From positions 1 to 41,665 of the forward strand of contig CAJOQK010000121.1 of NCBI GenBank assembly GCA_905236885.1: DNA of 41,665 bases, written 5' to 3'. The stretch's first letter is position 1; each line of letters begins with the position of its first letter. The position numbers and the translations under genes are program-made. The stretch is from an uncultured Bacteroidales bacterium. GTDB lineage: Bacteria; Bacteroidota; Bacteroidia; Bacteroidales; WCHB1-69. Shown here in pieces: positions 17,576 through 26,831 of the stretch. The notes under the pieces were generated by a model. The model was not told the DNA's origin and made no database searches. It saw nothing but the letters and a program-made list of their open reading frames with translations.

Positions 17576-17701
17576 ATGAAAAAATTTGAACTGACTACAC
17601 TGCCTTATGCAGCGGATGCGCCGGAACCCGTCACAAGCAAGAGAACCATTGGCTTTCACCATGGTAAACATTTACTAAGTTATGTGAACATTTTGAATAA
17701 A
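17576..17701 (+). pseudogene. sod: Fe/Mn superoxide dismutase N-terminal fragment, in frame with the porin
   Basis: MKKFELTTLPYAADAPEPVTSKRTIGFHHGKHLLSYVNILNK matches the SOD consensus FELP.LPY..DALEP.IS..T..HH.KH...YV.NLN. The rest of SOD (e.g. DVWEHAYY) is absent. Confidence 0.85.
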
Positions 17702-18820
17702 TGTATCGTTTTCCTTTTCTGCTGCCTGTGGGCGGTCTCTGCCTTTTCCCAGGAACAGGAGCCGCAAGAGCAGCAGAAAAAAATCCGCCGTCTCGGATGT
17801 TATGTCGCGCAACCACCCAAAGAGCAAAAGTGGTGCAGGCGCTTTGTCCTGCAGACCCGCATGGATTTCGACTTCCAGCACCATGAGGACACCGCCCTCT
17901 GCGGCGCATCGGCCCCCAACACCAGTTCTTTCCAGGGCAAACATCTGAATTTCATCATGGAAGGGGATTTGACCTCCACACTTTCCTACTCCTACCGGCA
18001 GCGCATCAACATCGCCAACATCAATTTCTCCCAAACCTTTTTCCAGGCCACTGACTGGCTGCACCTGGACTGGCATTTCGCCGACCGCTTCTACCTGTCG
18101 GCGGGCAAGGAGGTGGTGGCCATCGGCGCATGGGAATATGATGTGGCACCCATCGACATGTATTTCTGCTCGGAATTCTACAACAACGTGAACTGCTTTG
18201 AGATGGGGTTCTCCCTGCACTATGCGGACGACTATAACCACCTGCAGCTGCAGCTCTGCAACTCCCCCTACGTGGAGAAGCCGCTGCAGAACCTCTATGC
18301 GGTCAACCTGATGTGGAGCGGTAATTTCAACTGGTTCAGAACCATCTACTCAACCAACCTCATCGGATATGAGCCAGACAAGTTCATGCACTACATAGTG
18401 CTGGGGCACAAACTGGACTTTTTATTCTGGTCCTTTTATGTGGATGTGATGAACCGGACCGCCCTGAACGACTACACCCTTTTCCGGGACTACTCCGTCA
18501 TGGCGGAGTTCAAATGGCGGCCTGTCGTCTCCCGGTTTTCGCTGTTTGTCAAGGGCGGATATGACGAAAATTCGCTTTCGGGCATTTACCTGATGGACGG
18601 AAACCCGCGTCCCGTATCTCCCGACATTTATGTGGCACCCGGATTTGCGGCAGCCTATGCCGGTGTGGGCGGCGAGTTTTTCCCATGGTCGGCAGATGAC
18701 CAGGTGCGGCTGCATGCATACGTGGCGGCCCGACACGACGCCTCCTGGTGTGTGGAATGTAGTGCGGGCCTCACCTGGCGGCTGAATCCTGTCAATGTGA
18801 CAAATGTTCTTAAAAATTAG
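17576..18820 (+). CDS. Outer-membrane porin-like beta-barrel (OprO/OprP-like Bacteroidales porin); start either ATG 17576 (SOD chimera) or GTG 17684
   Basis: Signal-like CIVFLFCCLWAVSAFS-QE; YSYRQR, ATDW, AGKE..AIG.WEYD..PID.Y..SEF; amphipathic beta strands; C-terminal GLTWR. Confidence 0.7.
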   Translation: MKKFELTTLPYAADAPEPVTSKRTIGFHHGKHLLSYVNILNKCIVFLFCCLWAVSAFSQEQEPQEQQKKIRRLGCYVAQPPKEQKWCRRFVLQTRMDFDFQHHEDTALCGASAPNTSSFQGKHLNFIMEGDLTSTLSYSYRQRINIANINFSQTFFQATDWLHLDWHFADRFYLSAGKEVVAIGAWEYDVAPIDMYFCSEFYNNVNCFEMGFSLHYADDYNHLQLQLCNSPYVEKPLQNLYAVNLMWSGNFNWFRTIYSTNLIGYEPDKFMHYIVLGHKLDFLFWSFYVDVMNRTALNDYTLFRDYSVMAEFKWRPVVSRFSLFVKGGYDENSLSGIYLMDGNPRPVSPDIYVAPGFAAAYAGVGGEFFPWSADDQVRLHAYVAARHDASWCVECSAGLTWRLNPVNVTNVLKN

Positions 18821-18968
18821 GGGAGGTAGACTGTAAACCTCCCAAAAAATAGGACGATTTAAAAGTGGACAAATAATTTAGGGAAACTTCCATTTTTTTT
18901 ACAAATAGGACAATATTTTCACATTTTTTACGTTAACGAAACAGTTTTAACCATAAAAATTCAGACAA

Positions 18969-19475
18969 ATGGACGAAAATTATCAAAATGAAACCACCGG
19001 AAACATGGTGGAAAATCAAGTGGAAGAAGTAAAAAACCACAACGTGGAAATCAGTGGGACGACCTTGGGGCACATGGCTTCAGCCGGCAAATGGGGCGTT
19101 TTCTATGCTGTCATGATGTATATTGCTGCGGCATTAATGTTCGTGTTTGGCATCTGCATGATGTTATTCCCCTCATTTAGTGCTACTCAAGGCGGAACAA
19201 TTATGGGTATTATATATATCATTATAGCCATCATTTACCTGTTCCCCGCCACCTTTATGCTCAAGGCTTCCAGAGCAATACTCAATGTTAGTGAAAATCC
19301 TGACAATGAAGAGTTTGCCACAGCCATGCTCAACAACAAGCGCTACTGGAAATTCACAGGAATTTGTACCATTGTTGCTTTGGCATTAGCTATCATAGCG
19401 ATAATGGCGGCTATCATTTTCTCAGCAGCTGCACTGCCATCGGCCATAGATGCCATGGAAACCTTGGCGTACTAA
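18969..19475 (+). CDS. DUF5362-like small membrane protein
   Basis: Three TM segments; KWG.F.A, YLFPA..L and KRYWKF.GI motifs. Confidence 0.7.
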   Translation: MDENYQNETTGNMVENQVEEVKNHNVEISGTTLGHMASAGKWGVFYAVMMYIAAALMFVFGICMMLFPSFSATQGGTIMGIIYIIIAIIYLFPATFMLKASRAILNVSENPDNEEFATAMLNNKRYWKFTGICTIVALALAIIAIMAAIIFSAAALPSAIDAMETLAY

Positions 19476-19567
19476 ACAAACCGCACACACTCCCGAGGCA
19501 TTTTACGACAGAGGGGATTCATTCCTTTTTTCTTTCGGGAAGCGGGTGAGGATATAAGGATTTTTTC

Positions 19568-19612
19568 TACTTTTGCACTTCTTTTCCAATAGAGGGAAGA
19601 AGTGCAAATTTA
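19568..19612. promoter_or_regulatory. 12-bp inverted repeat containing facing -7 promoter boxes
   Basis: TTTGCACTTCTT (19572-19583) / AAGAAGTGCAAA (19597-19608); TACTTTTG on + at 19568-19575 and TAAATTTG on - at 19605-19612. Confidence 0.55.
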
Positions 19613-19633
19613 TTTATGTAAACAATTGGTTAT

Positions 19634-20797
19634 ATGATAAAAGAATGGTTCCATAGGCAGAAATTCGTCACACGTCGGAGCGTGGAGGCTGCCATTTTTC
19701 TGCTTTTTTTCTTTCTGTTTTTCGGCGGGCTGGCCTACAAGATGAGCCTGCCAAAAATGCTGAACACTTTTATGCAGACCGCCTACCACCTGCTGATGGA
19801 GACGGTGTTCTACATCATGGCCATCTGCGTGCTGATGGGGGCAATCAGCCGCCTGCTCACCGAATTCGGCGTGGTGCGTCTGGTGGAGGTGATGCTGCGC
19901 CCGCTGATGAAGCCGCTCTACCGGCTGCCAGGCGTGGCCGCCTTAGGTGCGATCATGACCTTCCTGAGCGACAACCCGGCGGTCATCTCCCTTTCAAAGG
20001 ACAAGCATTTTTCGCACTATTTCAAAAAATACCAGCTGGTCTCGCTCACCAATTTCGGCACCGCCTTCGGCATGGGGCTGGTGGTGGTCGCCTTCATGAC
20101 CGGCCTGGGCTTTGCCAAGGGCGCACTGGTCGGCGTGACCGGAGCTATTGTGGGAAGCATTGTCTCCACACGGCTGATGCAGCGTTTCACCCTGAAAGCC
20201 TATCCTGAGCTGGACACTCCCGTATGCGAGGGTTCCGAAGGGGATGAACAGCAGATTTCCTTCAAGTCGGAAGGGGGCATTTTTCTGCGTTTCCTCAACT
20301 CCCTGCTGGATGGAGGCAAGGACGGGGTCGGTATCGGACTGGCAATCATTCCGGGTGTGCTCTGCATCTCCACATTGGTGATGATGCTCACTTTCGGGCC
20401 GTCAGGAGCCGAAGGTACCTATGCTGGTGTGGCCTACGAAGGGGTCCCGGTCATCACCTGGCTGGCCGACAAAATCAATTTCGTGTTTGAGTGGCTTTTC
20501 GGTTTCCAGACTCCGGAGCTGATCTCCTTCCCTATCACCGCCTTGGGCGCGGTGGGCGCTGCTTTGGGTCTGCTGCCGCACTACATTTCCGAAGGGATTG
20601 TCAACAACAACGCAATTGCGGTTTTCACGGCGATGGGCATGTGCTGGAGCGGCTTTTTGAGCACGCACGCCGCCATGCTCGACTCCCTCGGCTACCGCAA
20701 ACTTATTTCCAAGGCCATCACGGCACACGCCATCGGCGGCCTGATTGCAGGTATCGCCGCACACTGGCTGTTTGTGCTTCTGGCAATGATTTTCTAA
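19634..20797 (+). CDS. CD0519/CD1768-family (Gate-domain) membrane transporter
   Basis: TFLSDNPA, TNFGTAFGMG, IIPGVL, FPITALGAVGAA, WSGFLSTH; polytopic. Confidence 0.75.
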   Translation: MIKEWFHRQKFVTRRSVEAAIFLLFFFLFFGGLAYKMSLPKMLNTFMQTAYHLLMETVFYIMAICVLMGAISRLLTEFGVVRLVEVMLRPLMKPLYRLPGVAALGAIMTFLSDNPAVISLSKDKHFSHYFKKYQLVSLTNFGTAFGMGLVVVAFMTGLGFAKGALVGVTGAIVGSIVSTRLMQRFTLKAYPELDTPVCEGSEGDEQQISFKSEGGIFLRFLNSLLDGGKDGVGIGLAIIPGVLCISTLVMMLTFGPSGAEGTYAGVAYEGVPVITWLADKINFVFEWLFGFQTPELISFPITALGAVGAALGLLPHYISEGIVNNNAIAVFTAMGMCWSGFLSTHAAMLDSLGYRKLISKAITAHAIGGLIAGIAAHWLFVLLAMIF

Positions 20798-20858
20798 TAA
20801 TTCCCCTGAGCAGATTCAGACAGCCTTCTTTTCAATAACGGTTTTTCTGAATCCGAAA

Positions 20859-20883
20859 ATAAAAGAGGGGTATCTTCCCCTCT
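20859..20883 (-). terminator. Terminator between convergent genes
   Basis: AGAGGGG-tatctt-CCCCTCT preceded by an A-run (U-tract on the minus strand). Confidence 0.6.
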
Positions 20884-22879
20884 ATTGTTTCACCACTTTT
20901 CCGGTATAAATCCGGTTCCCCTGCTGCACCCTGATAATATACATTCCTGCCGGATAATCTGCCACGGAAAGGGTTTCCCTAAAATCTCCCTGATACATTA
21001 TTTGTCCGACGGCGGAGCAGACCCACATCCTGCCGGATGCCTCCTGACAGTTTTCCGGCAAACGGAGAAAAACCAGCTCCTGTGCCGGATTCGGATACAA
21101 CACCAAATCCTCCGCCACACGTTCAGCCACCTGTAACGGCAGCGGATCCCCGACATAGGGCCTTATCATGGGCGAACCCGCCAAAAAGCTGTTGCTCCAC
21201 TTGCGTGAGGAGTAATATCTCACTTTCTCCCCACGGTTGTTGTTCTGGTCAAAGCCCACATTGAGGAAATTCCGGCTACTGACCGTATATCCCACAAAGA
21301 AACAGCTACTTATTGCAACAGGTTCCTCCAATTCGAAAAGCTGGAAACCGAACAGTTCCTCCTGAAAATGCTGTGAAACCTTTCCACTGTACAGCAACTT
21401 TCCAGGCATACCGTCCTGACAATCCCAAACACATAGGGTGAAATCAAACTGGTTCGCATCCCCCTGGGCATGGTTCAGGTACATTGCCACAGCCCGCAGG
21501 GTGTCGGGCTGGTTGAGCTGGAACTCCAAAGCCAGACCGGTTTGGTATGTATTGATATCCACTACAGTATAACCGGCCTCCGGTGTGCCGTCATCATAAG
21601 CATAGTAATTGCCGAAATGCTGGACAAAAACCACCGTATCGTTGTCAGGAACAGGATCACCCGCCCCCGCTTCGTGATGCACATGGGTGACATACCAGTC
21701 GGTTTCAGCCGTCAAGCTGGCGGAGATGGCTGCAATGGTCGGACGCGCATGGGGCGCATACTGCTGGTAGCCACCGTTCCGGTAGGAGGTTATATTGTAG
21801 GCTCCACCGTCATACAGCGGCGTAACCAGGGAACCCTGCGCATCGGTTATGCTATACTGGTAGGTGGCGTTTTTGGTGAGATCCGACAAGTTGATCAGAT
21901 TCACTTCAAACGAAGAATTCAATTCGCTGCTGCGGAACTGCCGCCAGGGCATGGCCTCATAGTTTTGCAGCAGGCTGCCCGGATTGGCCGCAATGGCAAT
22001 GTCATCGATAAAAGTGTCCTTGCGGCTGCGCCCACGGTTCAGCCGGACATAGTCAATGTTCCAATAGTCCACATTACCCGCCCAAGTGGGGTTTTCCGCC
22101 GTGTATTCCAAGGAGGCGATGTTGAGGAAACGGAACTGGAAACCACTGTTGAAAAAGCAGCTGTCCGTGACAGGAATCATCACCTGGCGGAAACAGAGCG
22201 AACTGTCCAGATGGTAGACGGCCATGAACTGCTCCAGCTCCATCCCCGGTGCAGACCAGACCCGACGCCAGCGTGTCTCCAAACCGCGCACGGAAGAGTC
22301 TGCGGTCAGGTAAACAGTGTCACCTGTGTAATAGCCGAATTCCAAAATGAGGGAATCGCGGCTTTCTGGCGCATCGCCCAATCCCTCCCACGGATGGTTG
22401 TGCAGGCCGCCACCCGGCTGATAGAAAAAACTGAAATAGACCGAGTCAGCTACAGTCAGGCTTCTGGCCAAAGGCGAAAAAATGGAATCCAGCCGGATTG
22501 GCTTGGAGGTCATGGTGTCCGCATAAAAAGGGGACTTTGAGGCATGGGCATATACCCGTCCGTGCGCATCCAGGGCATCCAGCGTGGCCACACCCCATGT
22601 GGGCGGCCTGAAACCGAAACTGCGGTTAACAAAGCCGCTGCCCGGCATCCAGCGGGCACTGTCCGGATAAAGGGAGCCATAAGAGAAATCATCCGTGAAC
22701 GGCAATGGCAGCGAAGGGATATAAAGGAAATCCTCACCGCTTTTCTGCTGGAAACGGGTGTTTTCCGCCGTCTGCCATAACAGCCGGTTCCCCGCCAGTC
22801 CTGTCAGCCGTTCCTGCGCCGAAAGGGAAAGAGAGACGCAGCATAAAAATAGCAAAATGGGCCTACTGTTTTTCATCAT
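20882..22879 (-). CDS. T9SS type A sorting domain-containing protein
   Basis: Signal peptide; LPFTDDFS, WNIDYV.L and YYAYDDGT.E motifs; CTD LYPNPA...GMYIIRV...KVVKQ. Confidence 0.85.
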   Translation of the reverse strand: MMKNSRPILLFLCCVSLSLSAQERLTGLAGNRLLWQTAENTRFQQKSGEDFLYIPSLPLPFTDDFSYGSLYPDSARWMPGSGFVNRSFGFRPPTWGVATLDALDAHGRVYAHASKSPFYADTMTSKPIRLDSIFSPLARSLTVADSVYFSFFYQPGGGLHNHPWEGLGDAPESRDSLILEFGYYTGDTVYLTADSSVRGLETRWRRVWSAPGMELEQFMAVYHLDSSLCFRQVMIPVTDSCFFNSGFQFRFLNIASLEYTAENPTWAGNVDYWNIDYVRLNRGRSRKDTFIDDIAIAANPGSLLQNYEAMPWRQFRSSELNSSFEVNLINLSDLTKNATYQYSITDAQGSLVTPLYDGGAYNITSYRNGGYQQYAPHARPTIAAISASLTAETDWYVTHVHHEAGAGDPVPDNDTVVFVQHFGNYYAYDDGTPEAGYTVVDINTYQTGLALEFQLNQPDTLRAVAMYLNHAQGDANQFDFTLCVWDCQDGMPGKLLYSGKVSQHFQEELFGFQLFELEEPVAISSCFFVGYTVSSRNFLNVGFDQNNNRGEKVRYYSSRKWSNSFLAGSPMIRPYVGDPLPLQVAERVAEDLVLYPNPAQELVFLRLPENCQEASGRMWVCSAVGQIMYQGDFRETLSVADYPAGMYIIRVQQGNRIYTGKVVKQ

Positions 22880-24014
22880 GATTCAAATTTGAGGAATAGT
22901 ATTGTTTTTCAATGATTCGCCACAAAATGTCCGCTGTGCTGTCCCAAGAGAAGCTACGCTGCCGGAGACGTCCCTTTTCCACAAGCCTTCCACGCAGTTC
23001 CATATCGGTGAAAACACGCTGCATTGCCGCGCTGATGCCAGGCACATCGTCAGGATGCACCAGCAGGGCCGCATCGCCGGCCACTTCCGGCATGGCAGTC
23101 ACGGAGGCGGTGATGACCGGTGTCTCCGCAGCAAAGGCCTCCAAAATGGGCACGCCAAACCCCTCAAAGGAGGAGACATACATCAGTGCGCAGGCCGATG
23201 CCAGAATCCGGTTCAAGTCAGTGGTGGATATGTAGTTGGTGAACACCACATCAGAAGCGTGACGCATGCTTTGCAGGCAATGTCCCATCTCTGAATTCCA
23301 ATGCTTTTTTGAACCTACAAAGACAAATTTGGCTTCATGGCCGGCCTCCCGGAAATCATCGTATGCCATCAGCTGGTGGATTACGTTTTTCCGCCTGTTT
23401 ATGGTGCCGACAAAGACAAAAAAGGGCTTACCCTCCGTCCATTCGTTCCGTACAGCCTGCCGTTCCGCTTCGGACAATGGAAAAAAATCCTCGGCAGCTG
23501 CATTGCCCGCAACCTCAATCTTGTCGGCGGGCAGCTGGTAGGTTTCCGCGATATCTTGCTTACAAAACTCTGACACTGTGGTTAATGTATCACTACGTTG
23601 TGCATACAGCGGGAAATACTTCTGATAGTATCTGCGATGGCTCTTTTGCAGAAATTCTGGGAAATGTTCGAAATTGATATCATGTATGATATTGACAGTC
23701 GGAACTTTACTACTCAGACAAACAAATCCCTCCGGTGAAAAGAACAAATCCACCTTCTCCCTGACCAGAGCGCGTTTCAAACTGACTTCAAAAAAATAAC
23801 GCCACAACAATGGGTGCCTGGCCTGCGGATGCAGCACCACCGGTTTTACATTTTTCTCAAATACAAATTCTTCCAAATATGGCCGATCAAAGAAAAAGAC
23901 AAATTCATGCTCCGGATGGCTCCTGACCATCCGACGCAGCACCTCGTATGCATACCAGGCGATGCCATCCATTTTCCCTTTGACAAACAGGCGTGTATTG
24001 ACTCCGATGCGCAT
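22863..24014 (-). CDS. Glycosyltransferase family 4
   Basis: IHD, RKN and EGFGVPILEAFA (EX7E) motifs, PEVAGDAA. Confidence 0.9.
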   Translation of the reverse strand: MRIGVNTRLFVKGKMDGIAWYAYEVLRRMVRSHPEHEFVFFFDRPYLEEFVFEKNVKPVVLHPQARHPLLWRYFFEVSLKRALVREKVDLFFSPEGFVCLSSKVPTVNIIHDINFEHFPEFLQKSHRRYYQKYFPLYAQRSDTLTTVSEFCKQDIAETYQLPADKIEVAGNAAAEDFFPLSEAERQAVRNEWTEGKPFFVFVGTINRRKNVIHQLMAYDDFREAGHEAKFVFVGSKKHWNSEMGHCLQSMRHASDVVFTNYISTTDLNRILASACALMYVSSFEGFGVPILEAFAAETPVITASVTAMPEVAGDAALLVHPDDVPGISAAMQRVFTDMELRGRLVEKGRLRQRSFSWDSTADILWRIIEKQYYSSNLNHDEKQ

Positions 24015-24016
24015 GT

Positions 24017-26590
24017 CTATTCCTGATTTTGTGAAGGTTCCATAGAAACCACCTTTGTTTGCAATGTCTTGCCCTCCTCATCAACCACCACCTCCACTTC
24101 GCAGCCCTTGCGGATATTTCCGCTGATGATCTCGTCCGAAAGCAAATCCTCCACATACCGTTGTATGGCCCGTTTCAAAGGCCGCGCCCCATATTGGGCG
24201 TTCCAACCCTGCTCCACGATGAAGTTCTTGCTCTCCTCAGTCAGGGACAGAGCGATGCCCAACTCACGCAACCGCTTGTAAACATGCGCCAATTCTATTT
24301 CTATAATCTTATGGATGCTCTCCCTGTCAAGTGAGTGGAAAACAATGATGTCATCTATGCGGTTCAGAAATTCCGGCGCAAACTGCTTGCGCACAGCATT
24401 CTCCACCACCTTTTGGGCATCCTCCTCCGAAGCCTGCTGCCGCGCATTCGTGCTGAAACCCATGCCGGTGCCGAATTCTTCCAGCTGGCGGCTGCCAACA
24501 TTGGAGGTCATGATGAGGATGGTGTTCTTGAAATCCACCTTCCGGCCCAGACCGTCGGTCAGCTGTCCGTCGTCAAACACCTGGAGCAAAATGTTATAGA
24601 TGTCACTGTGAGCCTTTTCAATTTCATCCAGCAAAACAATGGAATAGGGCTTGCGGCGCACCTTTTCGGTCAGTTGACCGCCCTCTTCGTAGCCCACATA
24701 GCCCGGAGGCGCACCCACCAATCGTGAGATGGTGAATTTTTCCATATATTCGCTCATGTCAATCCGAATCATGGCGTCGGTGCTGTCAAACAGATAGTCG
24801 GAAAGAACCTTGGCCAGATAGGTTTTGCCCACGCCCGTCGGCCCCAAAAAAATGAAGGTGGCGATAGGCTTGTTGGGATCCTTCAATCCGGTCTTGTTGC
24901 GCCGTATGGCCTTGCAAACTTTTCCAATCGCCTCATCCTGACCGATGATTTTTGCTTTCAAATCCGCCTCCATGTCGGCCAGCTTGTCATTCTCCTCCTT
25001 GGAAATGCGTTTGGCGGGCACCCCTGTGATCATGGCCACCACATCGGCCACAATGTTCTCGTCCACAACCTGCCTGTGCTGCTGCATCTCCTCTTCCCAG
25101 GCCGCCTTTTTCCGCTGCAGCTCCTCCTCCATGCTTTTGTACATGTCCCTGTATTTGGCCGCCTCCTCGTATGACTGCTGCAGAATGGCCTGCTTTTTCT
25201 GCGCTGTGATCTCCTCCAGCCGCTTCTCCATGCCGGTAATCTCCTCCGGCACCTCCACGTTGTGGATATGCACCCGCGCACCCGCCTCGTCCAGAGCATC
25301 AATCGCCTTGTCGGGCAGGCAGCGGTCGGTGATGTAGCGCTGTGTGAGGGTCACACAGGCACGGATGGCCTCATCGGTGTAGCGCACCAGATGGTGGTCC
25401 TCATATTTCGATTTGATGTTGTGCAGGATTTTCACCGTCTCCTCCGGAGAGGTCGGCTCCACCAGAACCTTCTGGAAACGGCGTTCCAACGCGCCATCGG
25501 CCTCTATGTTCTTGCGATATTCGTCCAAGGTGGTGGCACCGATGCACTGCAGCTCGCCACGCGCCAAAGCCGGCTTGAACATGTTGGAGGCATCCAGCGA
25601 ACCGGAGACATTGCCCGCCCCAACAATTGTATGGATTTCATCAATGAAGAGAATAACATCGCGGTTGTGCTCCAGCTCCGCCAGCACCGCCTTCATACGC
25701 TCTTCGAACTGACCACGGTACTTGGTGCCGGCCACCATAGAGGCAATATCCAGATTGACAATGCGCTTGTTGAACAGGATGCGCGGCACCTTCCGCTCCT
25801 TGATGCGGATGGCCAGACCCTCCGCGATGGCGGATTTGCCCACGCCCGGCTCCCCTATCAGGATGGGGTTGTTCTTCTTCCGACGGCTCAAAATCTGGGC
25901 GATGCGCTCCAGTTCCTTCTCCCTTCCGACAATCGGATCCAACCGGTCACCCTCGGCAGCCTTGCTCAAATCCCGCCCGAAGGCATCCAGCACCGGTGTT
26001 CCGCTCTTCTTGCCAAAACTGCCCTTCCCTTTCGGTTCACGGGAGGTGTAGGCGGATTTGGGCATAACCTCCCCATCCTCTTCCTCATCGTCATCCTCCT
26101 CGTCCGACTCGAACAGGTTGCCCTGCGCCTTTTCACTGTTTTCCGACTCAATCACGTTACAATCGGCCAGGAACTCCTCGGCCTTTTTGAAAGTGACCCC
26201 GTAGTTTTTCAGCAGCATGGAGACATAGTTGTCGTCCCGCCAGAGTATGGCCAGCAACAGGTGCGCCACCTCAATGTCGCTCTGATGGAATTTTTTTGCG
26301 AACAGATTGGCCAAATCGAAAATGCGTGCAGTCTGCTTGAACAGAGGGACATCGCTTTTGTCCTCACGCTTGCCCCCCTGCTCCTTAATCCGGTTCTCTA
26401 TCTCCAGACGAAGTGCCGCCACATTGACCTGCATCTCGTAAAAAAAGCGTTTCAGCAAAGGCGCGTCCTGGTCCATCATGCTCAAAAAAAGATGTTCCAC
26501 GCCAATACCTTCGCTGCCCCACTGCCGGGCTTCGACGGAACTGTAGCGCACAATGGCATCCACATCCTCCGAAAAATTCCATTTCTCCAT
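24017..26590 (-). CDS. clpC: ATP-dependent Clp protease ATP-binding subunit ClpC
   Basis: Clp N-domain, [22 protein letters not shown]-like linker, [22 protein letters not shown]. Confidence 0.95.
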   Translation of the reverse strand: MEKWNFSEDVDAIVRYSSVEARQWGSEGIGVEHLFLSMMDQDAPLLKRFFYEMQVNVAALRLEIENRIKEQGGKREDKSDVPLFKQTARIFDLANLFAKKFHQSDIEVAHLLLAILWRDDNYVSMLLKNYGVTFKKAEEFLADCNVIESENSEKAQGNLFESDEEDDDEEEDGEVMPKSAYTSREPKGKGSFGKKSGTPVLDAFGRDLSKAAEGDRLDPIVGREKELERIAQILSRRKKNNPILIGEPGVGKSAIAEGLAIRIKERKVPRILFNKRIVNLDIASMVAGTKYRGQFEERMKAVLAELEHNRDVILFIDEIHTIVGAGNVSGSLDASNMFKPALARGELQCIGATTLDEYRKNIEADGALERRFQKVLVEPTSPEETVKILHNIKSKYEDHHLVRYTDEAIRACVTLTQRYITDRCLPDKAIDALDEAGARVHIHNVEVPEEITGMEKRLEEITAQKKQAILQQSYEEAAKYRDMYKSMEEELQRKKAAWEEEMQQHRQVVDENIVADVVAMITGVPAKRISKEENDKLADMEADLKAKIIGQDEAIGKVCKAIRRNKTGLKDPNKPIATFIFLGPTGVGKTYLAKVLSDYLFDSTDAMIRIDMSEYMEKFTISRLVGAPPGYVGYEEGGQLTEKVRRKPYSIVLLDEIEKAHSDIYNILLQVFDDGQLTDGLGRKVDFKNTILIMTSNVGSRQLEEFGTGMGFSTNARQQASEEDAQKVVENAVRKQFAPEFLNRIDDIIVFHSLDRESIHKIIEIELAHVYKRLRELGIALSLTEESKNFIVEQGWNAQYGARPLKRAIQRYVEDLLSDEIISGNIRKGCEVEVVVDEEGKTLQTKVVSMEPSQNQE

Positions 26591-26831
26591 ACAAAAAAAA
26601 CTAAAAGTTAAGGTGATACGATTTTACAACCGCATCAATTAATAAACATCAAAAGTACAATAAATCGCCTTTTTAATCTGCTTTGTCCGGACTCTTTTTT
26701 CAACATGAAAAAGTGAAATAAAAAATATGTTACAAACGAAAAAAGCAATGCAAAAAATGATTATCTTTGTACTTTATGTGAATTTTCAATATTGAATTGA
26801 CAACTAACGGATTAAGAAGAAACTAATTTCT

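Noticed and set aside
18882-18892. GGAAACTTCCA also at 30679-30689, similar to the ACTTCTAAAAATT motif
   Set aside because: Only 11 nt and diverges from the motif core; not counted as a copy
19572-19608. Invertible promoter (Bacteroides invertase type)
   Set aside because: Only 13 nt lie between the inverted repeats, too short to carry a promoter, and there is no invertase nearby
25262-26611. 449-aa plus-strand ORF (likewise 26823-27866, 38033-39256, 21470-22540, 9483-10412)
   Set aside because: Antisense shadows of clpC, gyrA, leuS, the T9SS gene and the LTA-synthase gene
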